Origin: an uncultured Verrucomicrobiae bacterium
GTDB taxonomy: Bacteria; Verrucomicrobiota; Verrucomicrobiia; Limisphaerales; Palsa-1400
DNA length: 64,000 nt
Direction: 5' to 3'
Assembly (NCBI GenBank): GCA_963813995.1
Contig: CAWFAZ010000037.1
Location: forward strand, 7,430-71,429
Below are positions 25,907 to 34,585 of the stretch, piece after piece. Within the stretch, counting starts at the first letter, position 1, and every line of letters begins with the position of its first letter. The notes under the pieces were generated by a model. The model made no database searches and was not told the origin of the DNA. It saw only the letters and a program-made list of their open reading frames with translations. The position numbers and the translations under genes were made by a program.

Positions 25907-27723
25907 TATCCCTTCTGCTTTTCTTTGGCCCAAAGATCCCGCAGCGTGATGGTGCGGTTAAAGACAAGCTTTTTGGCCGTGCTGCTGTCGTCGAGCGCAA
26001 AGTAACCCAGGCGCTCGAATTGATAACGCCATTCCGGTTTGGCATCGGCCAGGCCCGGCTCGCATTTGGCGGACAGCACTTCCAACGACTTCGGGTTGAG
26101 GCAACTTTTGAAATCGCCCGCGGCATCCGGCTCCGCCATGGTGAACAGACGGTCGTAAAGCCGGACTTCCGCATCCACCGCGTGGGCCGCGCTGACCCAA
26201 TGAATGGTTCCCTTGATTTTGCGCCCCGCCGTCGCCCCGCCGCTTTTGCTCTCCAGATCGGCCGTGCAGCGCAATTCGATGACATTGCCCGCCGCGTCCT
26301 TCACCGCTTCGTCGCATTTGATGATGTAGGCGTATTTCAAGCGCGCCTCCCCGCCCGGACGCAGACGGAAGTATTTCGGCGGCGGATTCTCCATGAAATC
26401 ATCCTTGTCAATATAAAGAACGCGGCTGAAGGGCACCCGGCGGGCGCCGGCGGCGGGGTCTTCGGGATTATTGACGGCCTCCAGTTCCTCGACGCGGCCT
26501 TCGGGATAATTAGTCAATACTACTTTTATCGGGCGCAACACCGCCAGCCGCCGCAGCGCCCGCCGGTTCAAATCCTCCCGGATGGCGTGTTCCAGCACCG
26601 CCAGGTCCGTCACCCCGTTGTATTTGGTGATGCCGATGTGATAGGCAAAATGGCGCAAGGCCCCGGCCGTCACCCCGCGGCGGCGCAGACCGGAAATGGT
26701 CGGCATGCGCGGATCATCCCAGCCGGTCACGATTTTCTCGCTGACCAGTTGCAGCAATTTGCGTTTGCTCATCACGGTGTAGCCCAGGCTCAGGCGCGCA
26801 AACTCATATTGATGGGGCAGGGGGCGCGGCAGGTCCAGATTCTCCAAAATCCAGTCGTAAAGGGGCCGATGCACCTCAAATTCCAGCGTGCAGATGCTGT
26901 GGGTGATCCCCTCCAGGTAATCGCTCAGGCAATGGGCGAAATCGTACATCGGATAAATGCACCATGTGCGGCCGGTGTGATGATGTTCGGCATGGCGGAT
27001 GCGATACAGGACCGGATCGCGCAACCAGACATTCGGCGCCGCCATGTCAATTTTCGACCGCAACGTCCGGGTGCCGTCGGGGAACTCGCCCGCCTTCATC
27101 CGCTCGAACAAGTCGAGACTCTCCGCCACCGGCCGGTTGCGCCACGGGCTTTCCCGTCCGGGCCGGTCCGGCGCGCCGCGATACGTGTCCATATCCTCCG
27201 CTGAGAGGTCGCAGACGTAGGCCTTGCCCTTTTTAATCAAAGCCACGGCATATCCGTAAATCTGCTCAAAATAATCCGAAGCATAAAACGGCTCGAGTTT
27301 TCCGCCGCAGTTCGGGCCGGTCGCTGGCGCCAGGTAAAAGTCCGGTTGCCCGTTGCTGGTCACGGCCTGGGGAGTTTGGCCCGCCGCCTTAAACCCCAGC
27401 CGGTCATCCGCCCAGCCGTCAATCAGCCACTTCACATCGGCGATGATCGAGTCCACATATTCCACCTCTTCCTTGGTCGGATTCGTATCGTCCATGCGCA
27501 AATTGCAAACCCCGCCAAATTCGCGCGCGATGCCGAAATTGAGGCAAATGGATTTGGCATGGCCGATGTGCAGATAACCATTCGGCTCCGGAGGGAAGCG
27601 CGTATGAATCTTCGGGTAACGCTTGTCGGCCACATGCGCCGCGACAATATCGCGGATAAAGTCCGAAGGCGCGGCCCCTGCGGCAGACCCGCCTGGATTG
27701 GACTCGGGATTTGAAATCGTCAT
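25906..27723 (-). CDS. glnS: Glutamine--tRNA ligase
   Basis: [24 protein letters not shown] (HIGH), [20 protein letters not shown] and VMSKRKL (KMSKS) match full-length class I GlnRS. Confidence 0.95.
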   Translation of the reverse strand: MTISNPESNPGGSAAGAAPSDFIRDIVAAHVADKRYPKIHTRFPPEPNGYLHIGHAKSICLNFGIAREFGGVCNLRMDDTNPTKEEVEYVDSIIADVKWLIDGWADDRLGFKAAGQTPQAVTSNGQPDFYLAPATGPNCGGKLEPFYASDYFEQIYGYAVALIKKGKAYVCDLSAEDMDTYRGAPDRPGRESPWRNRPVAESLDLFERMKAGEFPDGTRTLRSKIDMAAPNVWLRDPVLYRIRHAEHHHTGRTWCIYPMYDFAHCLSDYLEGITHSICTLEFEVHRPLYDWILENLDLPRPLPHQYEFARLSLGYTVMSKRKLLQLVSEKIVTGWDDPRMPTISGLRRRGVTAGALRHFAYHIGITKYNGVTDLAVLEHAIREDLNRRALRRLAVLRPIKVVLTNYPEGRVEELEAVNNPEDPAAGARRVPFSRVLYIDKDDFMENPPPKYFRLRPGGEARLKYAYIIKCDEAVKDAAGNVIELRCTADLESKSGGATAGRKIKGTIHWVSAAHAVDAEVRLYDRLFTMAEPDAAGDFKSCLNPKSLEVLSAKCEPGLADAKPEWRYQFERLGYFALDDSSTAKKLVFNRTITLRDLWAKEKQKG

Positions 27724-27795
27724 CAGGCAGAAACTCTAAGAGGAAACCCTGATTTCGCAATGGAAAACCGGCCCGACATTTCGCAAGTGATTCAT

Positions 27796-28764
27796 TTATT
27801 GGAACTCCCCGGCCTCGGAATTTTCTGACGGGGAAGTCGGACGAGTCGGACTGGTAGGACCGGTCGGACGGATGGGACTTATGGGTGCCGGATCGGTTTG
27901 ATTCACTTTGACTGGGTTTGACTCATCCTGACTGGATTCCTCATCCCTTGCGTCATCTATCTCGTTTTCCTCCAACGGTTTAGCCACTTTGTCCGGCTGG
28001 GTTTTCATGGGCCGCTGAACTGTCCGCCGCTTTTGGGTCGGTTTGACTCGTTTTGCTCTCTTTTCAGCCGCTTCCTCCATTTCGTACTTGTCGGTGGGCA
28101 AGAGATCAAAGTCGGCATCCAGATTCCCTCTCCGAACCGCCAGGATGTATTGGGCGATTTTCCGCCCCGCCGCGCCACCCCCGAACATCCTGGCCATCGC
28201 AGGCAATCTCAACATGTCAAAGCAAGGTTTTACCAGTCTCTTCTTTAACACTTCCTCGTCGGCTTTTTCCTTTTCCTCCCACTTGCAGGTTAATTCAAAA
28301 GCCTCCTGCTTGGACCGATGCATGCCCCGCTGCAACTGCACCACACTGCGGCAAAGGCGGTTGAGCACCCTCGACCTGGCTTCGAACTTCTCGTCCACCT
28401 CGCCGTTCCAGTTGGCAATCAAGCTGCCAAAACGGGCGGCCAGCACCTGGGCCACGTCATCGGCCAGCACCATGTGCGAATCCTCGTCGTCCATCTCCTC
28501 CGCCAACTCGGTCAAATCCCGGGCGTCTTCGCATAGATTGCGCCGGGCCAGCCATTCCTCGAAACCACCCTGGCGCCATTCGCTCAGGTTCTGCTTGCTG
28601 ATGGGAACGCCGGCGAAGTGGTCTTTTACGACTTTCTGCACCTCCGGCAGGGCGTTGAGCCAATCGAGCAGTTGGGGGCTTTGCTCGGAGCGTTCCAGGC
28701 GTTCATTCAATTGGTTGCGGACAGAGCGGGGCAGGCGGGCGATTTTGCCATTGCGTGGATTCAT
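27796..28764 (-). CDS. Hypothetical protein with acidic centre and Pro/Thr/Ser tripeptide-repeat tail
   Basis: 322-aa ORF. The N-terminus KIARLPRSVRNQLNERLERSE..LLDWLNALPEV resembles small HTH-like domains seen in PVC hypothetical proteins. The C-terminal PISPIRPTGPTSPTRPTSPS is encoded by a 9-bp tandem repeat (27834-27895). Confidence 0.6.
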   Translation of the reverse strand: MNPRNGKIARLPRSVRNQLNERLERSEQSPQLLDWLNALPEVQKVVKDHFAGVPISKQNLSEWRQGGFEEWLARRNLCEDARDLTELAEEMDDEDSHMVLADDVAQVLAARFGSLIANWNGEVDEKFEARSRVLNRLCRSVVQLQRGMHRSKQEAFELTCKWEEKEKADEEVLKKRLVKPCFDMLRLPAMARMFGGGAAGRKIAQYILAVRRGNLDADFDLLPTDKYEMEEAAEKRAKRVKPTQKRRTVQRPMKTQPDKVAKPLEENEIDDARDEESSQDESNPVKVNQTDPAPISPIRPTGPTSPTRPTSPSENSEAGEFQ

Positions 28765-28993
28765 AATTTTGACGGGGTTGGCGGTGGTTTCAATATTTCA
28801 GTTGTTCGGCATGGCCTCATTGAGGCAATCATCAGACTACATCATAGCATATATGTTGATGAAAACAAGAATTATGTTAAACTATTTTTGTAATCGGTAT
28901 TCCAAAGGCGCAACAGCTTGAAGGGGAAGGGCTTGGAGAGGATTTTTAACCGCGAAATACGCCAAATACGCGAAAAATGGGAAAATATTTAAC

Positions 28994-29060
28994 CACAAAG
29001 ATCACAGAGACCGCAAAGAAAAATGCCTTCTTCTGGCCTGTGTCTGTGTACTCTCTGTAC
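28994..29060. repeat. Imperfect REP-like palindrome (CACAGA-type arms)
   Basis: CACAAAGATCACAGAGAC (28994-29011) faces CTGTGTCTGTGTACTCTCTGTAC (29038-29060). The arms are imperfectly complementary and built from ACAGA-type sub-repeats. Confidence 0.5.
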
Positions 29061-29100
29061 TACAGTCCGTCAGCATCACGCATATTCGCGAGGATTTTTT

Positions 29101-29187
29101 CGCGCAGAGAGCGCGGAGAACGCAGAGAAACACCAGGAAACAATATCAGCAATTGATTTATCTCTGCGTCCTCTGCGACTCTGCGCG
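29101..29187. repeat. REP-like palindrome (CGCAGAGA-type arms, 32-nt loop)
   Basis: CGCGCAGAGAGCGCGGAGAACGCAGAGA (29101-29128) versus TCTCTGCGTCCTCTGCGACTCTGCGCG (29161-29187). The arms are complementary except for about 3 mismatches or indels. Confidence 0.75.
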
Positions 29188-29342
29188 CAACAATTCTTTC
29201 TGGGAGGGTTTTGGTTGCGGCTCGCCGCGGTGTGCTCCATGCGGCAAATTCATTGGCGGATTTGTTGGTGGACAGAGCGGGCGTTGGTCGGCAGACAAAA
29301 TGGTGGCATGATCGGGACCCCTTTCCGACCCCTTTCCACATC

Positions 29343-31664
29343 CTAAAGGCGACTGCCAGTCCGCCTATGATTGCCTATTACCAGCCCCGCGAAGGCGATA
29401 AAGATTGGCCATGCTGCAATTGAAACCACCTTCCCAATTCGGAAGCCCAGCGGGGAATACTCCAGGCGCAAAAGATGATGGCCCGCCGCCAGCGGGATGG
29501 CCCGCAAGCAATAGTTGGCCGGCATTATCTGATACCGGGCTTGCGAACTGCCCGGCAGCGCCAGAGCGCGCCAGCCGCTGCTGTAGGCGTCGGTCATCAG
29601 CAACAGACACGGCGCCTTCGCATCCGCTTCGATGGTCAGATAATCGGTGGAAGATTCGAGTATCCTGGCCATGCCCTTCTCCCGGGCCGGCAGCGGCGCC
29701 GGATCAGGCTGGCTCTCCAAGATGACTTCTTCCTCGACATGAAAACTGGCGTTGGTCAGCGTGGAAAATATCTCATGGTAATTGGTCATTACTCGAAAAC
29801 GGTCCACCAACAACAGCCTCGGCAACGGATCTTTAACGGTCGAATAGTCCGACTTGCCCTCCGAGAATGCATAACGGCATCGCAGCATCCGCACGCTCCA
29901 GGCATCCCACCTCGTCGCTTGGGCGGCGTAGGGCGCCGTATCGAAATCGATCCCTCTGATAAAATCAAGGTAGCGCATATACCGCAACAGCCCCGCCGGA
30001 TCCTCCCCTCCAATATCCAAAGTTCCGGCCGTCATGGCGCTGTTGGGATTGTCGTATTGGATTCGATAATCCCCGTGCTCTTGCGCGAGAAGCGTGAGAA
30101 TGTCGGGCGGATAGGCTGGGCCGATTTGGAATGTCATCAGCGAGGATTGAGCGAAGCAGGCCAGTTCGGTCACTGCCATCAAAAGCATTCCGATGCACGC
30201 GATCCGCCGGCGTGACTTGGCCAGGGCGAGAAGGCCCGCCGCGAGCAACAAACAAACGCCCCCCTGGATCAGACTCTGGCTGCACTGGGCGCTGCTCCGC
30301 TCTATGATATGAGGGCCTATATAAGCCGCGACTGGCGCAAGGGCCATCGTGTCTGGCCGGAACTTCAGCAGCACGCCGGTCCACCAATCCAACTGGCGAG
30401 GCAAAATGGAGAGGCTGCATATCGCGATTCCCGCGCCAGCCACGCCTCCAATCAGATACCACGACACCTTCCGGCCCCGCAGCATTTGGTCCAGCCCCAC
30501 TCCTGCGAGCACCGAGAGAAAAAGGGCCGCCAGCCACAGAAATTTATCCATGCCCCGGAACAGGTTGAAGCCCGGCACATAATTAAATAAAAAATGAAAC
30601 GCGGGCGTATAGCCGCCCATCGCCAGCACCAGCGTAATGATCAACATACTGCTTGCAAACCTCCGCGCCGTCCGCGCGCCCCGCGCCATCCCGCACACCG
30701 CCAGCGCCAGCCCCATCACACTGACAAACAGCGACACATCCGTCACAAACCACCGGCCCAAATACGCGACGTTTTTCGCATCGCCAAAATACCACGGCGC
30801 CACCAGCGTCAGAAAGTTCTCCGGTGGAAAGGAAAAGGACGATGCGAAGTCATAGGACATGCCCAGGCTGCGCATACTTTCCCGCCCTTCGTCCAGACCG
30901 GTGAACAATTGGACGGCGCCAAGGCAGATTCCTCCAACCACGATCCCAGCCAGTCCCAGCATCACTTTCCCGCGCTCCGGCACGCGCACCACATTCAAAA
31001 CCACATAAATACCTGCGGCCACGCCCATGTAGAATACATACTGGGGATTCCCTGTCAAAATGGACATGGCCAACGCGAACATCCCCAGCAGGCACGGGGC
31101 CGGCGCGGGGCGGTCCGTCAACTGGTCGATGGCCAGGAACAACAGCGGCGCCCAGATCAAGGTGCAAAGATTGGGCAAATGCCCGGCATGAATTTGCAGA
31201 AAATGCGGGCCGCAAAACATGAATATCATCCCCGACAGCAGGCAGGCCAGCGAGTGTAACGCGCGCCGTCGCACCCAATAAAAGGTGAAGACACCGCCCA
31301 GGAATACATGCAACGCAATCGTCCAGTTTATGGCCGCCCCCAAGGGCGCCAGCAAATAGAGAAAATTCAGCGGGTAGAGCAGGGCCGACTGGAAGTTCCC
31401 AAAAAACGGCGCGCCGCAATAGCAGTGCGGATTCCACAACGCCAGATTTCCCGACTTCAATTCATGGAATCCGAAATAGCGCCAATGGACAAAAAAGTGC
31501 GCCAAGTCCATCCGCGTGTCTGACAGCACTTTGTCGGGACTGACAAACAAAACCTTCCCCAACATGCACAGGGTAAACGCAGCCAGCAGGCACAGACAGA
31601 GCCAGTTGGGAATTTCCGGCAGTACCGGAGCGGAGTGTTCAGGCTGGCTTTGGGCTGTCGTCAT
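29343..31664 (-). CDS. YfhO-family polytopic membrane protein (glycosyltransferase-C-like)
   Basis: 773 aa with more than 12 TM helices. LWNPHCYCGAPFFGNFQSALLYPLNFLYLL near the N-terminus and TDAYSSGWRALALPGSS..YQIMPANYCLRAIPLAAGHHLLRLEYSPLGFRIGKVVSI at the C-terminus match the conserved YfhO ends. Confidence 0.7.
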   Translation of the reverse strand: MTTAQSQPEHSAPVLPEIPNWLCLCLLAAFTLCMLGKVLFVSPDKVLSDTRMDLAHFFVHWRYFGFHELKSGNLALWNPHCYCGAPFFGNFQSALLYPLNFLYLLAPLGAAINWTIALHVFLGGVFTFYWVRRRALHSLACLLSGMIFMFCGPHFLQIHAGHLPNLCTLIWAPLLFLAIDQLTDRPAPAPCLLGMFALAMSILTGNPQYVFYMGVAAGIYVVLNVVRVPERGKVMLGLAGIVVGGICLGAVQLFTGLDEGRESMRSLGMSYDFASSFSFPPENFLTLVAPWYFGDAKNVAYLGRWFVTDVSLFVSVMGLALAVCGMARGARTARRFASSMLIITLVLAMGGYTPAFHFLFNYVPGFNLFRGMDKFLWLAALFLSVLAGVGLDQMLRGRKVSWYLIGGVAGAGIAICSLSILPRQLDWWTGVLLKFRPDTMALAPVAAYIGPHIIERSSAQCSQSLIQGGVCLLLAAGLLALAKSRRRIACIGMLLMAVTELACFAQSSLMTFQIGPAYPPDILTLLAQEHGDYRIQYDNPNSAMTAGTLDIGGEDPAGLLRYMRYLDFIRGIDFDTAPYAAQATRWDAWSVRMLRCRYAFSEGKSDYSTVKDPLPRLLLVDRFRVMTNYHEIFSTLTNASFHVEEEVILESQPDPAPLPAREKGMARILESSTDYLTIEADAKAPCLLLMTDAYSSGWRALALPGSSQARYQIMPANYCLRAIPLAAGHHLLRLEYSPLGFRIGKVVSIAAWPIFIAFAGLVIGNHRRTGSRL

Positions 31665-31728
31665 GCAGCACGACCAAAGTAGAACACCTTACTGCCAGAA
31701 AGCCAGTACCTGAAAGTTGTATGACCGA

Positions 31729-32427
31729 TCAACCGATCCACAATCCTTCGACACGAATTTGCAGGGCGTCCGATGTGCGGTTCAGGTAGTTGATCAGCCC
31801 GCTGTGCCGCCATTGCAACATGCACATCGTGGGCTGGAAGAAGTAGCGCATTCCAATTTGAAGATCGCAACGCTTTTTATGCACCAATCCCTCATATCCT
31901 TCCGCAATGTAATAGCCGAGGTCCTTGAATCCTTCCTGGCGCGGACGCAACGGACCGGTGACACACCACACGATCACGCCGGTGCGAGGATCCACCTGCA
32001 TGGCCACCCCGCAGTGGGTGATGGGACAACCGCATGACATGCCGAGCGGACGCCCGATGAGGACGTCACCGGGTTGAATATTCATTTCACGCGTGAGCAT
32101 CGGGTTGTGGGGAATTATGATTTCGCGCGGGCCCGGCTCCGTTGGAAAATGGTCCAGGTAAAAATCAACCTCGCGTCCCAGGCTGTCCTGCCAGGGGGCT
32201 GCTCCTTTCGGGGCTGAAGCGACCGCACACGCGCCGCAAGCCGCGGGCGCGGGCGCAGGCGGTTTTGCCACAAGAGTTGGCGTCGCCAGTTTTTGCTTGT
32301 CCGAATAATAGATGCAGCGCTTGAGCAACGCCTGGTCGGCGGGCAATTGTTCCGCGAGGGCTTCACAAGTGCGGAAACCGCAGACTCCGCAGTCAAGTCC
32401 CGGCAGGTCTTTCACAGTTGGGGTCAT
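31729..32427 (-). CDS. Fe-S cluster-binding protein (RnfB/AcsC-type N-terminal Cys motif) with Cys-rich C-terminal domain of unknown function
   Basis: Start at ATG 32427, preceded by AAGGAG 7 nt upstream. LPGLDCGVCGFRTCEALAEQL is the CxxCGxxxC 'putative Fe-S cluster' domain pattern. The C-terminal ~170 aa carry GMSCGCPITHCG plus three further Cys. No family recognised. Confidence 0.7.
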   Translation of the reverse strand: MTPTVKDLPGLDCGVCGFRTCEALAEQLPADQALLKRCIYYSDKQKLATPTLVAKPPAPAPAACGACAVASAPKGAAPWQDSLGREVDFYLDHFPTEPGPREIIIPHNPMLTREMNIQPGDVLIGRPLGMSCGCPITHCGVAMQVDPRTGVIVWCVTGPLRPRQEGFKDLGYYIAEGYEGLVHKKRCDLQIGMRYFFQPTMCMLQWRHSGLINYLNRTSDALQIRVEGLWIG

Positions 32428-32465
32428 ATCAAAACTCCTTTGTTGGTTGTGGTGATGGGATACCT

Positions 32466-33167
32466 TTATTCTCCTCGATAGAAAGTCTGATTTTCCAGCG
32501 CGCGCACCACACCGAAGTGGGATTGCCAGCCGATCTCCTTTTTGCCAACACAAATGGTGCAGGTGCCCACGGGAGGATTGCCTCTCAATAACAAGTGCGG
32601 ACCCGCTTCCGGGATGGCTTGGACATGGTCCATCAGGGGGTCGATGCCGATGCCGTAAAGGGCGTTGACTTCGCGAATGCGGACGCCGGGAGCGGCATTC
32701 TGGATCCGGGCGCGAAACACTTCGCGCTCGGCTTGCGAAACGCGGTCGATCTTGGTCACCACCGCTACGTCAGCCAGTGAAAGCATCGGTCCCACCTTGA
32801 GAGGCAGGTTCATCCCGCTGGTGGCTTCCAGCACGATGATCCCCAACCCGCCATCGACGTACGGCGAGCACCGCAGGCACAAGCCCGCCGTTTCCACAAA
32901 CAAAAAGTCACAGTTCTCCCGGCGCGCCCATTCCAGCGCGTCTCCCAGCACCATGACGTTGCAATGATCGGGGCACAACTCGCCAGAATACACTTTGCGA
33001 GTGGGGATGCCGAATTCACGGGCGAACTGCTCGTCCTCCTCGGCGTATTGAACATCGATTTTCAGAAAGGCCGGGCGCTTGCCGGCAGACTGAAGTTTGC
33101 GAATCACATGCCGGAGCACCGACGTTTTGCCGGTTGTGGCCGGTCCGGCGCAAATGGTTAATCGCAT
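32466..33167 (-). CDS. G3E-like P-loop NTPase (UreG/HypB-like metallochaperone candidate)
   Basis: Walker A GPATTGKTS, VETAGL (Walker B/switch II-like), VVTKID (NKxD-like) and ELCPDHC (reminiscent of the UreG Cys-Pro-His metal site). The C-terminal CTICVGKKE is an extra Cys pair. The start overlaps the upstream ABC ATPase gene by 10 nt. Confidence 0.65.
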   Translation of the reverse strand: MRLTICAGPATTGKTSVLRHVIRKLQSAGKRPAFLKIDVQYAEEDEQFAREFGIPTRKVYSGELCPDHCNVMVLGDALEWARRENCDFLFVETAGLCLRCSPYVDGGLGIIVLEATSGMNLPLKVGPMLSLADVAVVTKIDRVSQAEREVFRARIQNAAPGVRIREVNALYGIGIDPLMDHVQAIPEAGPHLLLRGNPPVGTCTICVGKKEIGWQSHFGVVRALENQTFYRGE

Positions 33168-33955
33168 GCCAAAGCCTCCAGTTCGGGCGACGCCATCCGG
33201 TCCCCCCGGCGCATTTGGTCGCGCAATTTTGAAAGCACGTCGTCCAACCGGCTCACATGGGCCGCGAACCGCCGCTCCTTTTCATCCGTGTGCAGCACGC
33301 TCGTAACGATTCCGCCCTGCATCACGATGCGGTAATCGGAAAGCAGCGCGATGCGCGGGTCGTGCGTCACAAAAATGAAAATTTTCCGGTACTCGCGCAA
33401 CAGCTCCAGGGCGCGGGTGCGATGGATGCCCGCGTTCTCAACCTCGTCCAACAGCACGATGGGTGTGTTGCAGATGATCGTGGCGTCGGCAATCAGCAGC
33501 GCGCGCGTCTGGCCGCCGGAAAGTTCCGTCATCCGGCTGTCAACAAGAATCGGTTCGCCGGTCAATTGATTGGCAAAGGCGAGGGTGCGCTCCAACGCGC
33601 CATCAATGGACGCCCCGGCCGCGCTGCGAATCCGGGCATGGGTCGTCAGGAACTCTCGCACCGGAAGGTCGGAGAGAAATGTCGTGTGCTGGGTAATCAG
33701 GGCGATGGGGTTCCGGGACGGGTCATCGCGATATTCCGCCGGCGCCCGCTCGCCATTGATCAGAATCCGCCGGCCGGTCGGCGTATTGGCGTCGGCAAAC
33801 AGCTCAATGTCATTGATCAGCGTCGTTTTGCCGGACCCGGTCGGACCGACGATGCTGACGACGTCGCCCATACGCAAATCAATGCGGTCAATCGCTTCGT
33901 GCGCGCCCGACTTGCCCCGGCCTCCAAGAATCGTGATGGTATGAATCATACTCAT
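33158..33955 (-). CDS. ABC-type ATPase without cognate permease in the locus
   Basis: Walker A GPTGSGKTT, signature LSGGQ, Walker B IVLLDE, H-loop FVTHD. 265 aa. Confidence 0.85.
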   Translation of the reverse strand: MSMIHTITILGGRGKSGAHEAIDRIDLRMGDVVSIVGPTGSGKTTLINDIELFADANTPTGRRILINGERAPAEYRDDPSRNPIALITQHTTFLSDLPVREFLTTHARIRSAAGASIDGALERTLAFANQLTGEPILVDSRMTELSGGQTRALLIADATIICNTPIVLLDEVENAGIHRTRALELLREYRKIFIFVTHDPRIALLSDYRIVMQGGIVTSVLHTDEKERRFAAHVSRLDDVLSKLRDQMRRGDRMASPELEALACD

Positions 33956-34008
33956 AATAATAGTTATAGTTATCCCATCTGATTAGTCATAATTTTTGCA
34001 AAAAAAAC

Positions 34009-34410
34009 TCACAACATGTCTCCAATCGTCGTCGTTTCCAGTTTTTTCGCCACGTAGTCGCGGATTCCGCGGAAGACATGAACGAGTTTTTTTTCCTTTT
34101 CGATGGGTGTGGACTCGTAAAAGTGTTCGCTGACGGATTCCGTGGAGGCAATCGCGCCGTCAAACAACCGGACGATTTCCGCCAGTGTGATTTTATCAGC
34201 GGATTTGGCCAGTTGATAACCGCCCCGCCGACCCTTGGAACTGCGCACGTATTTGGCCCGTTTGAGCGCCAGCATGATTTGTTCGAGGAACTTGGGGGGA
34301 ATAGTCTGGGTGCGCGCAATGGCATCAACCGACACAAGCTTTTCGGTCTTCTGCCGCCCCAGATGCACCAGGGCCAGCATGGCATATTCACAGCGGGACG
34401 TGAGTTTCAT
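34009..34410 (-). CDS. Rrf2-family transcriptional regulator (no Cys ligands)
   Basis: MKLTSRCEYAMLALVHLGRQ..VSVDAIARTQTIPPKFLEQIMLALKRAKYVRSSKGRRGGYQLAKSADKITLAEIVRLFDG is a canonical Rrf2 winged helix. Apart from the Cys in the conserved N-terminal S-R-C motif, the protein has no cysteines, so the three-Cys cluster-ligand loop of IscR/NsrR-type members is absent. Confidence 0.9.
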   Translation of the reverse strand: MKLTSRCEYAMLALVHLGRQKTEKLVSVDAIARTQTIPPKFLEQIMLALKRAKYVRSSKGRRGGYQLAKSADKITLAEIVRLFDGAIASTESVSEHFYESTPIEKEKKLVHVFRGIRDYVAKKLETTTIGDML

Positions 34411-34585
34411 TGCCTTATATTACTACTCTAATGGGATTAATATGACTTATACAGCCGGATCTGTCAAGCGGGAAAAACAAATTATTTTCGAGGGACCTTT
34501 CCTTGCCGTTTCCCAAGTAAAGTATAGAAGACCTTGTGAATATGGAAACAAATAGAATCTGTCTGGAAAGACCGAAACCTGACCT

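Noticed and set aside
27830-29190. CRISPR array
   Set aside because: The repeats here are a 9-bp coding tandem repeat and isolated palindromes. There is no regular repeat-spacer periodicity anywhere in the window and there are no cas genes.
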